A stretch of 64,000 nucleotides of DNA from Candidatus Moraniibacteriota bacterium (GTDB taxonomy: Bacteria > Patescibacteriota > Minisyncoccia > Moranbacterales > UBA1568): assembly GCA_030648835.1 (NCBI GenBank), contig JAUSGT010000002.1, positions 437,458 through 501,457 of the forward strand, given 5' to 3'. Below are positions 37,503 to 47,455 of this stretch, one piece after another. Below the pieces are notes generated by a model. It searched no databases. It saw only the letters and a program-made list of their open reading frames with translations, and was not told the origin of the DNA. Within the stretch, counting starts at the first letter, position 1. The number at the start of each line of letters is the position of its first letter. Both the position numbers and the translations under genes were made by a program.

Positions 37503-38473
37503 AGGTACTGATTACCGGTGGAGCGGGATTTATCGGGTCGGCGATAGCCAAGAAACTCATGGATCGGGGAGACAGAGTAATTCTGGTTGATAATTTCAAC
37601 GATTATTATGATCCGCAACTCAAGCATGACCGGATCAAGAAATTCTTGAAAGGCTACGAGAAACCTGCCCGCCAAGGAGGGAGTTTTCTGGTGTATACGG
37701 GTGATATCCGCGACGCGAAGTTTCTTGAGAAAGTTTTTAAGAAAGAAAAACCGGATAAAATCGTTCATCTGGCGGCGATGGCCGGAGTACGGAGTTCCCT
37801 CAGTGACCCTGCGCTGTATGTGGATGTGAATATACTTGGCACAACCAACCTTCTCGATAAGGCGGTGAAACATGGTGTAAAAAATTTCGTGTATGCTTCG
37901 ACATCATCGGTATACGGTAACAACAAAAAGCTTCCGTTTTCGGAAAAGGACAGTGTTGATACCCCGGTTTCGATTTATGCCGCGACCAAAAAAGCGGATG
38001 AGTTGATCGCTCATGTGTACAGTCACATCTACAAACTGCCGACGACAGGACTGCGTTTTTTTACGGTCTATGGCCCATGGGGACGTCCGGATATGGGTGT
38101 ATTTACATTCATCGAAAATATCATTCGCGGGAAAACGATTGACGTTTATAATTTCGGAAAAATGCGACGCAATTTTACGTACATTGATGATGTTGTTTCT
38201 GGGACGTTGGTTGTACTCGACGCTGATCTCCCGTGTGATGTGATGAATATCGGCGGTGATCGCGACGAGAAGCTTTTGGATTATATCGCAGCCGTAGAGC
38301 GTTGTTGCGGGAAAAAAGCAGAGATGAATATGTTGCCTTTGCAATCGGGGGATATGATTTCAACCGTGGCGGATATCAAAAAACTTCGCAAGTTGGGATG
38401 GAAGCCGACCACGCGCATCGATAAAGGAATCAAGAACTTTGTTCTGTGGTATCGTGAATACTACAAGGTGTAA
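37499..38473 (+). CDS. NAD-dependent nucleotide-sugar epimerase (UDP-glucuronate 4-epimerase-like)
   Basis: TGGAGFIG, HLAAMAGVR, STSSVYG, YAATKK, RFFTVYGPWGRPDM. Confidence 0.92.
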   Translation: MKVLITGGAGFIGSAIAKKLMDRGDRVILVDNFNDYYDPQLKHDRIKKFLKGYEKPARQGGSFLVYTGDIRDAKFLEKVFKKEKPDKIVHLAAMAGVRSSLSDPALYVDVNILGTTNLLDKAVKHGVKNFVYASTSSVYGNNKKLPFSEKDSVDTPVSIYAATKKADELIAHVYSHIYKLPTTGLRFFTVYGPWGRPDMGVFTFIENIIRGKTIDVYNFGKMRRNFTYIDDVVSGTLVVLDADLPCDVMNIGGDRDEKLLDYIAAVERCCGKKAEMNMLPLQSGDMISTVADIKKLRKLGWKPTTRIDKGIKNFVLWYREYYKV

Positions 38474-38518
38474 TTCGCGCGGAGAGTCTCTACAAAAAAA
38501 CACAAACCAGAGGTACGT

Positions 38519-39589
38519 ATGAAATTCACAAGGCGGGAAATACTGGGTATTTTTTTGATATTGGTTGTCGGATTTTTCTCGCTCGCGTCATGGCAAGTGT
38601 TTTTTGGCGTGGTCATGACCCCCGGCGTATCCGATATTTGGCGACCGGTGCTGTGGTTTTCCGCTGTAGCGGTATTTTTCTTTCTGGGGACAATTCTCTG
38701 GACGAGTTTGCCTTTCAGAATAGCGGGAGCGGTATCCATTTTTCTCCCCGGACTTTTCTTCATGCGTTCATGGGAATATATCATAGCCGGCATCGTGTCC
38801 ACCATTTTTATTTTTTGGAGCAGTATGGTGATCGCGCGGGAAGCCAGGGAGCGCATCTATTTTCGTTTTTTCAAAAGCGCGCATGTGGGGCAGTTTCTTT
38901 TTGTTGTCGGTCTCTCGCTTTCCATTTCCGGCGGGTACTATGTTTTTTTAAAAGATGTCTCATGGGAAGAGTTGGTACCGCGGTTTCGGATTGGGCAGGA
39001 AGTGGCAGGAATTGTTTTCAAAGTCGCTGGCGCCATCAATCCGAGTTTTGCCAAATTGTCACAGGGGGATACGACCGTGGATGAATTTCTTTTGAGTCTC
39101 GAGGAAAGTGGTCCCGAGGGAGAACCTTCCTCTCAAGACAGTTTGGGAAAGAACATGAGCGTGTCGGACATTGCCGGTGCGTTCCTTCAGATGGAGCGGT
39201 TATCGAAAGGAAAGAATGAATCTCTTTTTTCCGGTGTTGATCAGGCAAAAATTGCCGAGCAATTGTTTCTTGAATCGGGGCGGGAACAGATAGCGACGCT
39301 CGTGGGGCGCAAGGTTTTGGGTAGTGAAAAAATATCCGATGTCCTTTCCCTGACTTTGCAAAACAAACTCATCACATTTTTGAGCGGGGGAAAAGAAACG
39401 CAACATATTCCTTCACAGGCAGTGCCATTTTTTCTTTCCCTTCTGCTTTTTTTGACACTCCTTTCGTTTACCTCGATTTTTATCCCCTTGTGTATTTTGG
39501 GCGCGGAACTCATTTTTATGTTTTTACTCCGGGTAGGATGGCTTACAATAGGCACATTTGTTGTTGAGCAGAAGAAACTAGTTGAGTGA
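38519..39589 (+). CDS. Membrane protein of unknown function
   Basis: About 5 N-terminal TMs, a soluble loop and 2 C-terminal TMs. Confidence 0.7.
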   Translation: MKFTRREILGIFLILVVGFFSLASWQVFFGVVMTPGVSDIWRPVLWFSAVAVFFFLGTILWTSLPFRIAGAVSIFLPGLFFMRSWEYIIAGIVSTIFIFWSSMVIAREARERIYFRFFKSAHVGQFLFVVGLSLSISGGYYVFLKDVSWEELVPRFRIGQEVAGIVFKVAGAINPSFAKLSQGDTTVDEFLLSLEESGPEGEPSSQDSLGKNMSVSDIAGAFLQMERLSKGKNESLFSGVDQAKIAEQLFLESGREQIATLVGRKVLGSEKISDVLSLTLQNKLITFLSGGKETQHIPSQAVPFFLSLLLFLTLLSFTSIFIPLCILGAELIFMFLLRVGWLTIGTFVVEQKKLVE

Positions 39590-39606
39590 AAAAGCAGGGT
39601 CTTTAT

Positions 39607-39633
39607 TTGGCACTCTCACATGGAGATTGCTAA
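39607..39633 (+). promoter_or_regulatory. CIRCE (HrcA operator) upstream of dnaJ
   Basis: TTGGCACTC-N9-GATTGCTAA against consensus TTAGCACTC-N9-GAGTGCTAA (one mismatch per arm). Confidence 0.8.
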
Positions 39634-39670
39634 TTTTTTTGTTTTACGCTAGGATAAGAAGTGTTTGTTT

Positions 39671-39845
39671 TTACCGGCGTAGCCAACAACCTTTCAGAGA
39701 GACGCTCGTTCACCCAGCGGTTCTCTCACTTCTGAAATTTTTTCGATCCATCCCGCCAAGGCGGGACGGCACCCTGCCTACCGGCAGGCAGGCATGCTCG
39801 AAAAAAGTTCAAGCCTCTCTGGAAAGATTTTGGCTACGAAGGTAA
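39671..39845 (+). repeat. Structured repeat (multi-stem hairpin) with nested CCCGCCAAGGCGGG and CCTGCCTACCGGCAGGCAGG palindromes
   Basis: Stems CGTAGCCAA/TTGGCTACG and TGAAATTTTTTCGA/TCGAAAAAAGTTCA; homologous to 49332-49477. Confidence 0.65.
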
Positions 39846-39875
39846 AGATGATATGCAATTACGAACAATGCAAAT

Positions 39876-40970
39876 ATGGCGAATTATTACGATCTATTGG
39901 GAGTTTCCAAGAGCGCTTCAGAAGATGAAATTAAGAAGGCTTTCCGTAAGCTGGCGCATAAGCACCATCCGGATAAGGGCGGTGGGGATGAGAAAAAATT
40001 CAAAGAGATCAATGAGGCGTACCAGGTGCTTTCCAATAAGGAAAAGCGTCATCAGTATGACCAATATGGGCAGACGTTCAGCGGCAACCCGGGTGCCGGG
40101 AGACAGGGGCAACATTCTGGCGGTTTTGATTTCAGCGGATTTTCGTCACAAGGTGGGCAAGGTTTTGATTTTTCCGGGACGGGATTCGAAGATATTTTTT
40201 CCGATATGTTCGGTGGAGGCGGACGTTCCCGTAGCCAGGCTCGTGCCGGCGCCGATATCGAAGTAGATGTGGAAATCACATTCGCGGAAATGGTAGAGGG
40301 GGTGAAAAAAGAGATTCATTTGCGCAAACTTTCAGAGTGCAGTGTCTGTCATGGAACGGGTGGAAAGCCAGGGGTGAAAGAAGAGACGTGCGGAGATTGT
40401 CAGGGCAAAGGACAAGTACAGCGTACGGTACAAACTATTTTTGGGACATTCGCGCAAGCGGTGCTTTGCGAGCGCTGCCATGGTCGGGGCAAGGTATACA
40501 GGGAAAAATGCGGAGATTGTCACGGGGCGGGACGCCTGCAGAAAGAAGAGCGGTTTTCTCTTGAAATTCCGGCTGGTGTGAATGATGGGCAGACGCTCTC
40601 CGTCCGGGGTGGTGGAGCGGCGGGAGAGGACGGCGCAAGAGCGGGCGACCTTTTTGTCAATATCCATATTCGACCGCACCCGTCATTCAAGCGGCGCGGA
40701 GACGATATCCTTTCACAACTGGAGATTACTTTCGCGCAGGCCGCTCTTGGCGATAAAGTGGAGGTGGGAACGATTGAAGGCGGCGTCACCATGAAGATTC
40801 CACAAGGGACACAGCCGGGAGAAGTTTTTCGCGTTCGTGGCAAAGGTATCCCGCACCTCGGGCATTTCGGACGCGGTGATCATCTCGTCACGGTTGTTTT
40901 GGCTGTCCCGAAGAAGCTTTCTCGCGAAGAAAAGGAACTTATCGAGAAACTGGGAAAACTCAAAGCCTAA
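39876..40970 (+). CDS. dnaJ: Chaperone DnaJ
   Basis: HPD, G/F-rich region, four CxxCxGxG repeats, C-terminal domain. Confidence 0.97.
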   Translation: MANYYDLLGVSKSASEDEIKKAFRKLAHKHHPDKGGGDEKKFKEINEAYQVLSNKEKRHQYDQYGQTFSGNPGAGRQGQHSGGFDFSGFSSQGGQGFDFSGTGFEDIFSDMFGGGGRSRSQARAGADIEVDVEITFAEMVEGVKKEIHLRKLSECSVCHGTGGKPGVKEETCGDCQGKGQVQRTVQTIFGTFAQAVLCERCHGRGKVYREKCGDCHGAGRLQKEERFSLEIPAGVNDGQTLSVRGGGAAGEDGARAGDLFVNIHIRPHPSFKRRGDDILSQLEITFAQAALGDKVEVGTIEGGVTMKIPQGTQPGEVFRVRGKGIPHLGHFGRGDHLVTVVLAVPKKLSREEKELIEKLGKLKA

Positions 40971-41044
40971 TGTGCGTTTTGCCGCCTGGACTTTTCGAGT
41001 AGGTTCTCATACAATGAAGACACAATATTTTACAATATGTTTTT

Positions 41045-41599
41045 ATGGAAAGTGTAACCAAGATCATTGTTGTCGATGATGATGTGAATACTCGCAGTCT
41101 TTATGCCGATGCGTTCCGCGCGGTGAATTTCAATGTGCGTGAGGGGCAGGACGGACTGGATGGGTTGAAAATGGTCAATGAAGATATCCCGAATGTCATT
41201 GTCACGGGTATCATCATGCCACGAATGGATGGGTTTGCTTTTGTGGAGGAGCTCAAGAAGAACATAGCCACTGCCCATATTCCGGTCATATTCATTTCTC
41301 ACTTGGGTCGCGAGGAAGATGAAAAACGAGCCAAGGAACTTGGCGTGAAAGCTTTTTTGGTACGCGATATGACATCCCCCCGTGACATGATTGAGCGTGT
41401 CAATAATCTTCTCACATCCAAGGAATATATTCTGGCTCTTGATCCGTTCGGTTTTGACGCGTCGAAATTTGCCGATGATTTCAAACTGAATCCGGATTTT
41501 GTCTGCCCCGAAGAGAAGGCCGGTGGTCGGGTGGTACTCAAGTTGCGCAAGCGTGATGGGGATAACAAACATTTTGACGCGGAAATCACGTGCGCTTGA
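41045..41599 (+). CDS. Atypical receiver-domain protein with a C-terminal extension
   Basis: IIVVDDD...PNVIVTGIIMPRMDG...IPVIFIS; the phosphoacceptor position is Gly. Confidence 0.8.
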   Translation: MESVTKIIVVDDDVNTRSLYADAFRAVNFNVREGQDGLDGLKMVNEDIPNVIVTGIIMPRMDGFAFVEELKKNIATAHIPVIFISHLGREEDEKRAKELGVKAFLVRDMTSPRDMIERVNNLLTSKEYILALDPFGFDASKFADDFKLNPDFVCPEEKAGGRVVLKLRKRDGDNKHFDAEITCA

Positions 41600-41640
41600 T
41601 GTTGTTTGCAAAACAGGCTTTGTAATTTTGATTTTCCATT

Positions 41641-43350
41641 ATGGCAGTATGGAAGCTTCGATCGGATACTCATTCGGGAATGGCAATGGATAAGAAGTAT
41701 CACCCGGTAGTTCTGGCACTTCTTGCTTCGCGTGGCTATGCGGATGAAGAGGCGTATGAGCGTTTTCTTTTTCCGAACTTCGATCGTGATATTCACGATC
41801 CTTTTTTGTTTCAAGAGATGGAGCGAGTCGTAGAGCGTATCGGCGCTGCCAAAGAAAAGAATGAATGTATCGGGATATTTGGCGATTACGACGCCGATGG
41901 GGTGACTTCTTCCGTCATTATCCGTGAAGCGCTCACGGCACTCGCTGTCCCCGTGGTGGTCTACATTCCGGAGAAATTGAGCGAGGGACACGGACTGAGT
42001 ATGGGAGCGGTCGATTTTTTCGAGCGCGAGGGAGTCAAACTTATTCTGACTCTTGATTGTGGTATGACGAACCATGAAGAGATCAGCGAGGCCAAACGCC
42101 GCGGTATCGCCACCGTTGTGATCGATCATCATCATGTTCCAAAAGTACTTCCGGAAGCTTTTGCCATCATCAATCCGCAATTGCCGAGCGAGACATACCC
42201 TTTTCGGGAACTGTGTGGCGCGGGGACCAGTTTCAAAGTGGCGCAGGCCCTGTATGTGCGCTATTTGCCGCAAGAGACCGACCAGTTGAAGTGGCTCTTG
42301 GATGTCGTGGCTGTCGGTACGGTGGCGGATGTGATGCCGCTCATTGGTGAGAATCGTGTCATTGTAAAATATGGCCTTATCGTTCTGGCGAAAACGCGCC
42401 GAGTGGGTTTTCAGGAAATGTTTTCCGTGGGCGGTATCAAAATCGATGAACATACCAAGCCGGACGCCCGGACCATCGGATTCCGTATCGCGCCGCGTAT
42501 CAACGCGGCCTCCCGGATGGCGCACGCGATGTTGGCGCATGAACTGCTCATGGAAAAGGATCAGGCTCACGCGCGAGTGTTGGCGCTCGAGCTGGATGCC
42601 CACAATGTAGCCCGTCAGAAAATAAGCGCCTCGATGACAGAAGAGATCAGAATCATCGCTTCGACAAAATACCGGGACAAAAAATTTATTTTCGCTGTGG
42701 GTGAGCATTTCCCGTATGGTATCGTCGGATTGGTGGCAGGAAAAATCGCGGGGGAATTTCATAAACCCACCTGTGTCCTGACACGAGGCGTCGAAACGAG
42801 TCAGGGATCGTTTCGGAGCATTCCGGAACTGAATATTATCGAGAATCTTGAGCAGTGCGGTGAACTGCTGATGAAATTCGGCGGGCATGCCCAGGCGGCG
42901 GGGATGACGATTTGGAATGAGAATCTGGAAAAGTTCTATGAGAAATTCAACGCGTTGGTGGAGAAAAAATTGGCGAGTATTGTTACCGAACCGGAATTAT
43001 GGATTGATCTCTGTCTCAAGCCGGAGCATATCACGCCGCAGCTTTGCCGCGACATCATGCTTTTCTCCCCATTTGGCGAAGGCAATCCGGAACCGATTTT
43101 TCTGCTCGAGAATATGCGTGTTGAGGAAGTTCGCCTGGTGGGGAACGGAAACAAGCATTTGAAACTGCGGCTGGTATCGCCTGACGGTACGAAACATTTT
43201 GACGCTATCGGATTTTCTTTGGGAGGGGCAGTGGCCGATTTGAAGAAGGATGAAGTGCTTGACGTAGTCTTTCAATTGAGCGAGAATACTTGGAACGGAA
43301 CTACCACGATTCAGCTGAAACTCATTGATATCAGGCGCAAGAGTTCCTAA
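41641..43350 (+). CDS. recJ: Single-stranded-DNA exonuclease RecJ
   Basis: GDYDADG, TLDCG, IDHH, GTVADV, PRINA, FGGHAQAAG, PFGEGNPEP. Confidence 0.96.
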   Translation: MAVWKLRSDTHSGMAMDKKYHPVVLALLASRGYADEEAYERFLFPNFDRDIHDPFLFQEMERVVERIGAAKEKNECIGIFGDYDADGVTSSVIIREALTALAVPVVVYIPEKLSEGHGLSMGAVDFFEREGVKLILTLDCGMTNHEEISEAKRRGIATVVIDHHHVPKVLPEAFAIINPQLPSETYPFRELCGAGTSFKVAQALYVRYLPQETDQLKWLLDVVAVGTVADVMPLIGENRVIVKYGLIVLAKTRRVGFQEMFSVGGIKIDEHTKPDARTIGFRIAPRINAASRMAHAMLAHELLMEKDQAHARVLALELDAHNVARQKISASMTEEIRIIASTKYRDKKFIFAVGEHFPYGIVGLVAGKIAGEFHKPTCVLTRGVETSQGSFRSIPELNIIENLEQCGELLMKFGGHAQAAGMTIWNENLEKFYEKFNALVEKKLASIVTEPELWIDLCLKPEHITPQLCRDIMLFSPFGEGNPEPIFLLENMRVEEVRLVGNGNKHLKLRLVSPDGTKHFDAIGFSLGGAVADLKKDEVLDVVFQLSENTWNGTTTIQLKLIDIRRKSS

Positions 43351-43381
43351 ACCAGCAGTTCTTTTGTAATGGAGGTGGGCG

Positions 43382-43810
43382 ATGAATGCACGTATACGCC
43401 ACGAAAACCCACCGACATTCAAGGTGGGGCAATTGGTGTGTTTCGAACTTCCGGGGAAAAAGGAGCCGTGGAACCGGTATTGGAATATTGGTGTGATTGT
43501 TTCTCTTTTGGCCAAGAAAAATAACGAAGCACAACTTTTCGAAGTGCGGCCATATGAGATACCGGAACCTCTCCATCCCTATGAACCGGAAGCAGAGTGG
43601 GCCTGTTTGGATCCTTTGCGAATCAGTCTCGACCGTGAAGTGTTCATACTCGACTTTTTGGACACCCAAACGCAGGTGGTGATAAAAAAAAGCTCAAAAA
43701 CCATTCAGGTGTCAGTCGCGGATCTTTGCCCGGCTCGGTATGACCGTTTTCGGCGGGCTTTGACGGAGGGAAAGACGCTTCCGTTCAGCGGGAAAAAGTC
43801 TTTTTGGTAA
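43382..43810 (+). CDS. Hypothetical protein (possible SH3/Tudor-like N-terminus)
   Basis: 142-aa ORF filling the recJ-rnhA gap and followed by a terminator; FKVGQLV start motif. Confidence 0.55.
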   Translation: MNARIRHENPPTFKVGQLVCFELPGKKEPWNRYWNIGVIVSLLAKKNNEAQLFEVRPYEIPEPLHPYEPEAEWACLDPLRISLDREVFILDFLDTQTQVVIKKSSKTIQVSVADLCPARYDRFRRALTEGKTLPFSGKKSFW

Positions 43811-43846
43811 ACGGCTGCAGGCACATTGTTTGGCAGCCGTTTTTTT
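43809..43846 (+). terminator. Intrinsic terminator
   Basis: AAACGGCTGC-N14-GCAGCCGTTT followed by a T run. Confidence 0.65.
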
Positions 43847-43900
43847 GTATAAAAATCAAGAGATATGCTATCCTAAAAAAGATCCGGTTATATTTTTGTT

Positions 43901-44329
43901 ATGGAAAAGATTATCATGTATAGCGATGGAGGGTCGCGGGGCAATCCCGGACCGGCGGCTTTGGGCGTTCATATAGAGACGCTTGGTAAGAGTTATGGTG
44001 AATATTTGGGAGAAAAGACGAACAATGAGGCTGAATACGCGGCTATCGTCTTCGGTCTGAAGAAGATCAAGGCGCTTATCGGAAAGGCAAAAGCGAAACA
44101 AACGAGCGTTGAATGCCGGATGGATAGCGAACTGGCTTGCAAGCAATTGAATCACGAGTACAAGATAGAGAATGAGAAGCTGCAGCCGTTGTTTTTGGAA
44201 GTCTGGAATCTCAGCTTGGATTTTATGGCGGTGAAATTTGTTCACGTGCGACGGGAGTTGAATACGGTGGCGGATGCCTGTGCCAACAAGGCGATGGATG
44301 AAGCGGAAAAGAAGAGAGGGTTGTTTTGA
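43901..44329 (+). CDS. rnhA: Ribonuclease HI (archaeal/actinobacterial type)
   Basis: YSDGGSRGNPG, TNNEAEY, DSEL, HVRRELNTVAD. Confidence 0.9.
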   Translation: MEKIIMYSDGGSRGNPGPAALGVHIETLGKSYGEYLGEKTNNEAEYAAIVFGLKKIKALIGKAKAKQTSVECRMDSELACKQLNHEYKIENEKLQPLFLEVWNLSLDFMAVKFVHVRRELNTVADACANKAMDEAEKKRGLF

Positions 44330-44350
44330 TCTTTGTGTTTTCCTAAAATT

Positions 44351-45352
44351 ATGTTCACCAGGAAAAAAATCATTATTAGCGGCATACTCATCGTGGCGGT
44401 AGGCGGTTTTTTATCCTATCGAAGCCGTACTGCAGTGGAAGTAGTCCAGACGGAAACCGTGAAGCGTGGTGATGTGGTGGAAACGGTGAGTGTGACCGGA
44501 GAACTGATGCCGGCGGAATACGCTGATCTTTCTTTTCCGGGAGCGGGAGTGATTGATCGGGTTTTTGTGAAAGAAGGAGATATGGTGGCGGTAGGCGGCA
44601 GAATTGCTTCTCTTGACCGGTCGGTCTTGTGGTCGCAACTGAAGGAATCCCGTATCGCGCTGGCTATTGTCGAAGAGAGTGAAAAATTGGCTCGTCGGCA
44701 TGGTTGGAAAAGTTTGAATGAAGAAGAACGGGCTGCCAAAAAACTTACTACGGAACAATCCAAAGAAAAAGTTCGTACCATCGAAGCAGAGATGCAAAAG
44801 GGTGTTCTTTTGTCGCCGCTGGGCGGCCAGGTGACGAAACTGGATGCCCGTCTGGGCGAAGTTGCCAGCTTGGGGGAAGTGGTGGCACATGTCGTCAAGG
44901 CCGGGGAGTTTGTCATCGAAGCTCGGGTGCCGGAATCGGATATAACCAAAATAACCATTGGTATGCGATCAAAAGTTACCTTTGACGCTTTCCGTGCCGA
45001 TGAGATTTTTGACGCCGAGGTGACGGAAATCAAGCCTGCCTCAACCGTTGTGCAGGATGTGGTTTCTTATAAGGTGAAGTTTCGTTTGGGAAATGTCGAC
45101 AGCCGTCTGAAAGAAGGGATGACGGCCAATATCGATATTGAAACCGCCAAGCGAGAACGCGTTCTTATGGTGCCGTCTCGAGTGTTTGTCAAAGAAGGAG
45201 GCAAGTCCTTTGTAGAGGTGAAACAGGCCAATGGCTCATTTGTGAAAACAGAGGTCACAACGGGGCTGGAAGGTGACGATGGCACGATTGAAATCACATC
45301 CGGTCTGAAAGAGGGGAATGAAGTTTCCACTTTGGCTACGCAAAAGAAATGA
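44351..45352 (+). CDS. Periplasmic adaptor subunit (MacA/HlyD family)
   Basis: N-terminal TM, lipoyl-like VFVKEGD, VPESDI, LKEGMTA. Confidence 0.88.
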   Translation: MFTRKKIIISGILIVAVGGFLSYRSRTAVEVVQTETVKRGDVVETVSVTGELMPAEYADLSFPGAGVIDRVFVKEGDMVAVGGRIASLDRSVLWSQLKESRIALAIVEESEKLARRHGWKSLNEEERAAKKLTTEQSKEKVRTIEAEMQKGVLLSPLGGQVTKLDARLGEVASLGEVVAHVVKAGEFVIEARVPESDITKITIGMRSKVTFDAFRADEIFDAEVTEIKPASTVVQDVVSYKVKFRLGNVDSRLKEGMTANIDIETAKRERVLMVPSRVFVKEGGKSFVEVKQANGSFVKTEVTTGLEGDDGTIEITSGLKEGNEVSTLATQKK

Positions 45353-46068
45353 GCCTGATCTCCGTCAAAAATCTGGAGAAGATATACGATAACGACGGGG
45401 TCAAGACCGGAGCGCTCCGCAATGCCACATTTGCCATAGAGAAAGGAGAATTCATCTCTATTATGGGGCCATCGGGATCGGGGAAATCGACGCTGATGCA
45501 AATCTTGGGACTGCTCGATCGCGCCACAGGCGGAGCGTATCTTTTGGATGGCAAAGATGTCTCTCAATTTTCTGACGATGAATTGGCACGTCTGCGGAAC
45601 AAAAAAATAGGCTTTGTATTTCAGGCATTCAACCTTTTGCCGAAAACAAATGTGTTTGAAAATGTCGAATTGCCTCTTCTCTACGATGATTTTCCGGTTG
45701 AGAGCAATGAAAAAAATGTTTTGGCCGCGCTCGAGGCGGTCGATATGCTTCATCGCAAGGGCTATTTGTCGAATCAGCTTTCCGGTGGCGAAAAGCAACG
45801 CGTGGCTATCGCGCGAGCGCTTGTCAACAACCCGGAAATTATTTTTGCCGATGAACCGACGGGGAATTTGGATTCCAAGTCCGGTCTTCAGGTGATGGCC
45901 ATTTTACAGAAATTGAACAATGCCGGGCATACTATCGTCTTGGTGACGCATGAGACATACACTGCCGAACATGCCAAGCGCGTTCTCCTCATGAAAGACG
46001 GACAGATTGTTGGTGACCACCCGGTCGTCAAGCGCCGCACTGCGGAAAGCGGAAACTTTTTGAAATGA
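45349..46068 (+). CDS. MacB/LolD-type ABC ATP-binding protein
   Basis: [42 protein letters not shown]. Confidence 0.93.
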   Translation: MSLISVKNLEKIYDNDGVKTGALRNATFAIEKGEFISIMGPSGSGKSTLMQILGLLDRATGGAYLLDGKDVSQFSDDELARLRNKKIGFVFQAFNLLPKTNVFENVELPLLYDDFPVESNEKNVLAALEAVDMLHRKGYLSNQLSGGEKQRVAIARALVNNPEIIFADEPTGNLDSKSGLQVMAILQKLNNAGHTIVLVTHETYTAEHAKRVLLMKDGQIVGDHPVVKRRTAESGNFLK

Positions 46069-47306
46069 AATTCTCTGACCCTCTTAAAATTTCTTATCGG
46101 ACACTCACGGCCTCGAAACTCAGGTTTTTTTTGACGGTGCTTGGTGTGGTCATCGGGGTGGCGGCGGTGATCATGGTGATGGCTATCGGAGCCAGTGCTC
46201 AGAAACTGGTATTGTCACAGGTAGAGAGTGTTGGGTCCAATTTGATAGGCGTGTTACCGGGGGCTTCGGAAGAGAAAGGCCCGCCCGCCGCGGCTCTCGG
46301 TATCGTCACAACGACATTTACCAATGATGATTTGAAAGCCATACGGGAACGGCGTAACGCGCCGCATCTTGTGGCGGTGTCGGGATATGTCACTGGCGCG
46401 GGCACGATCGAATCATCCGACAAATCTCTGGAAATCAGTTTTCAGGGTGTTTCACCGGATGTGACGGAGATAGAAAATATCACCGTGGCGAAAGGACGTT
46501 TCTTTTTTCCGGAAGAAGAGAGCGATCTTTCGCGCGTGGTGGTGCTCGGTGCCACGCGAGCCAAGGAACTTTTCCCCAATCGTGAGGCGCTCGGTGAAAC
46601 GGTGACGCTCAAAAATATTCCCTTCAAGGTGGTGGGTGTTTTGGAAGAGCGGGGAGCATCGGCTTTTTCCAATCCGGACACGATGGTGTATGTACCGCTT
46701 CAGACGGCGCAGAAACTTTTGCTCGGTATCAAGTATCTCAATTTCGCGCGTGGTAAAGTGGACACGGTGGAAAATATCGAACGTTCCATTGCCGATGTGA
46801 CGGCGCTGCTCCGTAAGCGTCACGATATCAAAGACAATCAGGAATTGGACTTTTCGATTCGGAGCACGGCCGCCGCGCTGGAAGTTTTGACGACCATCAC
46901 CAATGTGCTCACCTATTTCCTTATCGCCATCGCTTCCATCTCACTTCTGGTCGGAGGTATCGGTATCATGAATTCCATGCTCATTTCTGTCTCGCAACGA
47001 ATACGGGAAATCGGTTTGCGCAAGGCAGTCGGCGCGCGCAAGGCGCACATTATTTCCCAATTCCTCATCGAATCGTCTTTTGTCACGATTGTCGGCGGAG
47101 TGGTAGGAATTTTGTTCGGTATCGCGGTAACGTTTCTCGCGTCTATCATCATTGTCAAACTCGGATATACGTGGCAGTTTCTCGTCCCGCTGTCGTCGGT
47201 TATCATTGGTTTCTGTGTTTCTTTTGTTATCGGCATTGTCTTTGGTCTCTATCCGGCTGTCAAAGCTTCTCGGGTCAGTCCGATGGAAGCACTCAGATAC
47301 GAATAA
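46065..47306 (+). CDS. MacB/FtsX-type ABC permease 1
   Basis: LTVLGVVIGV, SLLVGGIGIMN, REIGLRKAVGA, PMEALRYE. Confidence 0.92.
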   Translation: MKFSDPLKISYRTLTASKLRFFLTVLGVVIGVAAVIMVMAIGASAQKLVLSQVESVGSNLIGVLPGASEEKGPPAAALGIVTTTFTNDDLKAIRERRNAPHLVAVSGYVTGAGTIESSDKSLEISFQGVSPDVTEIENITVAKGRFFFPEEESDLSRVVVLGATRAKELFPNREALGETVTLKNIPFKVVGVLEERGASAFSNPDTMVYVPLQTAQKLLLGIKYLNFARGKVDTVENIERSIADVTALLRKRHDIKDNQELDFSIRSTAAALEVLTTITNVLTYFLIAIASISLLVGGIGIMNSMLISVSQRIREIGLRKAVGARKAHIISQFLIESSFVTIVGGVVGILFGIAVTFLASIIIVKLGYTWQFLVPLSSVIIGFCVSFVIGIVFGLYPAVKASRVSPMEALRYE

Positions 47307-47435
47307 CCAAGAACCAAAATCCAATGACCAAGAAGACCAAAATATCTCATTGTAACTGATGTGAATAGAGTTTTGAATTTTTGAAAGTTGATTACTTGAT
47401 CTTATTGTTTCTTGGAATTTGGTGATTGGTTATTG
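47302..47435. repeat. Inverted pair of degenerate heptamer tandem arrays
   Basis: AATAACC-AAGAACC-AAAATCC-AATGACC ... TTGTTTC-TTGGAAT-TTGGTGA-TTGGTTA-TTG. Confidence 0.65.
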
Positions 47436-47455
47436 CTAAGGATACATTACAATAT

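Noticed and set aside
41299-42888. Long antisense ORFs (41299..42888, 27475..28458, 35287..36117, 56502..57317, 20776..21411)
   Set aside because: They are shadow frames of clearly identified + strand genes, with no motifs of their own
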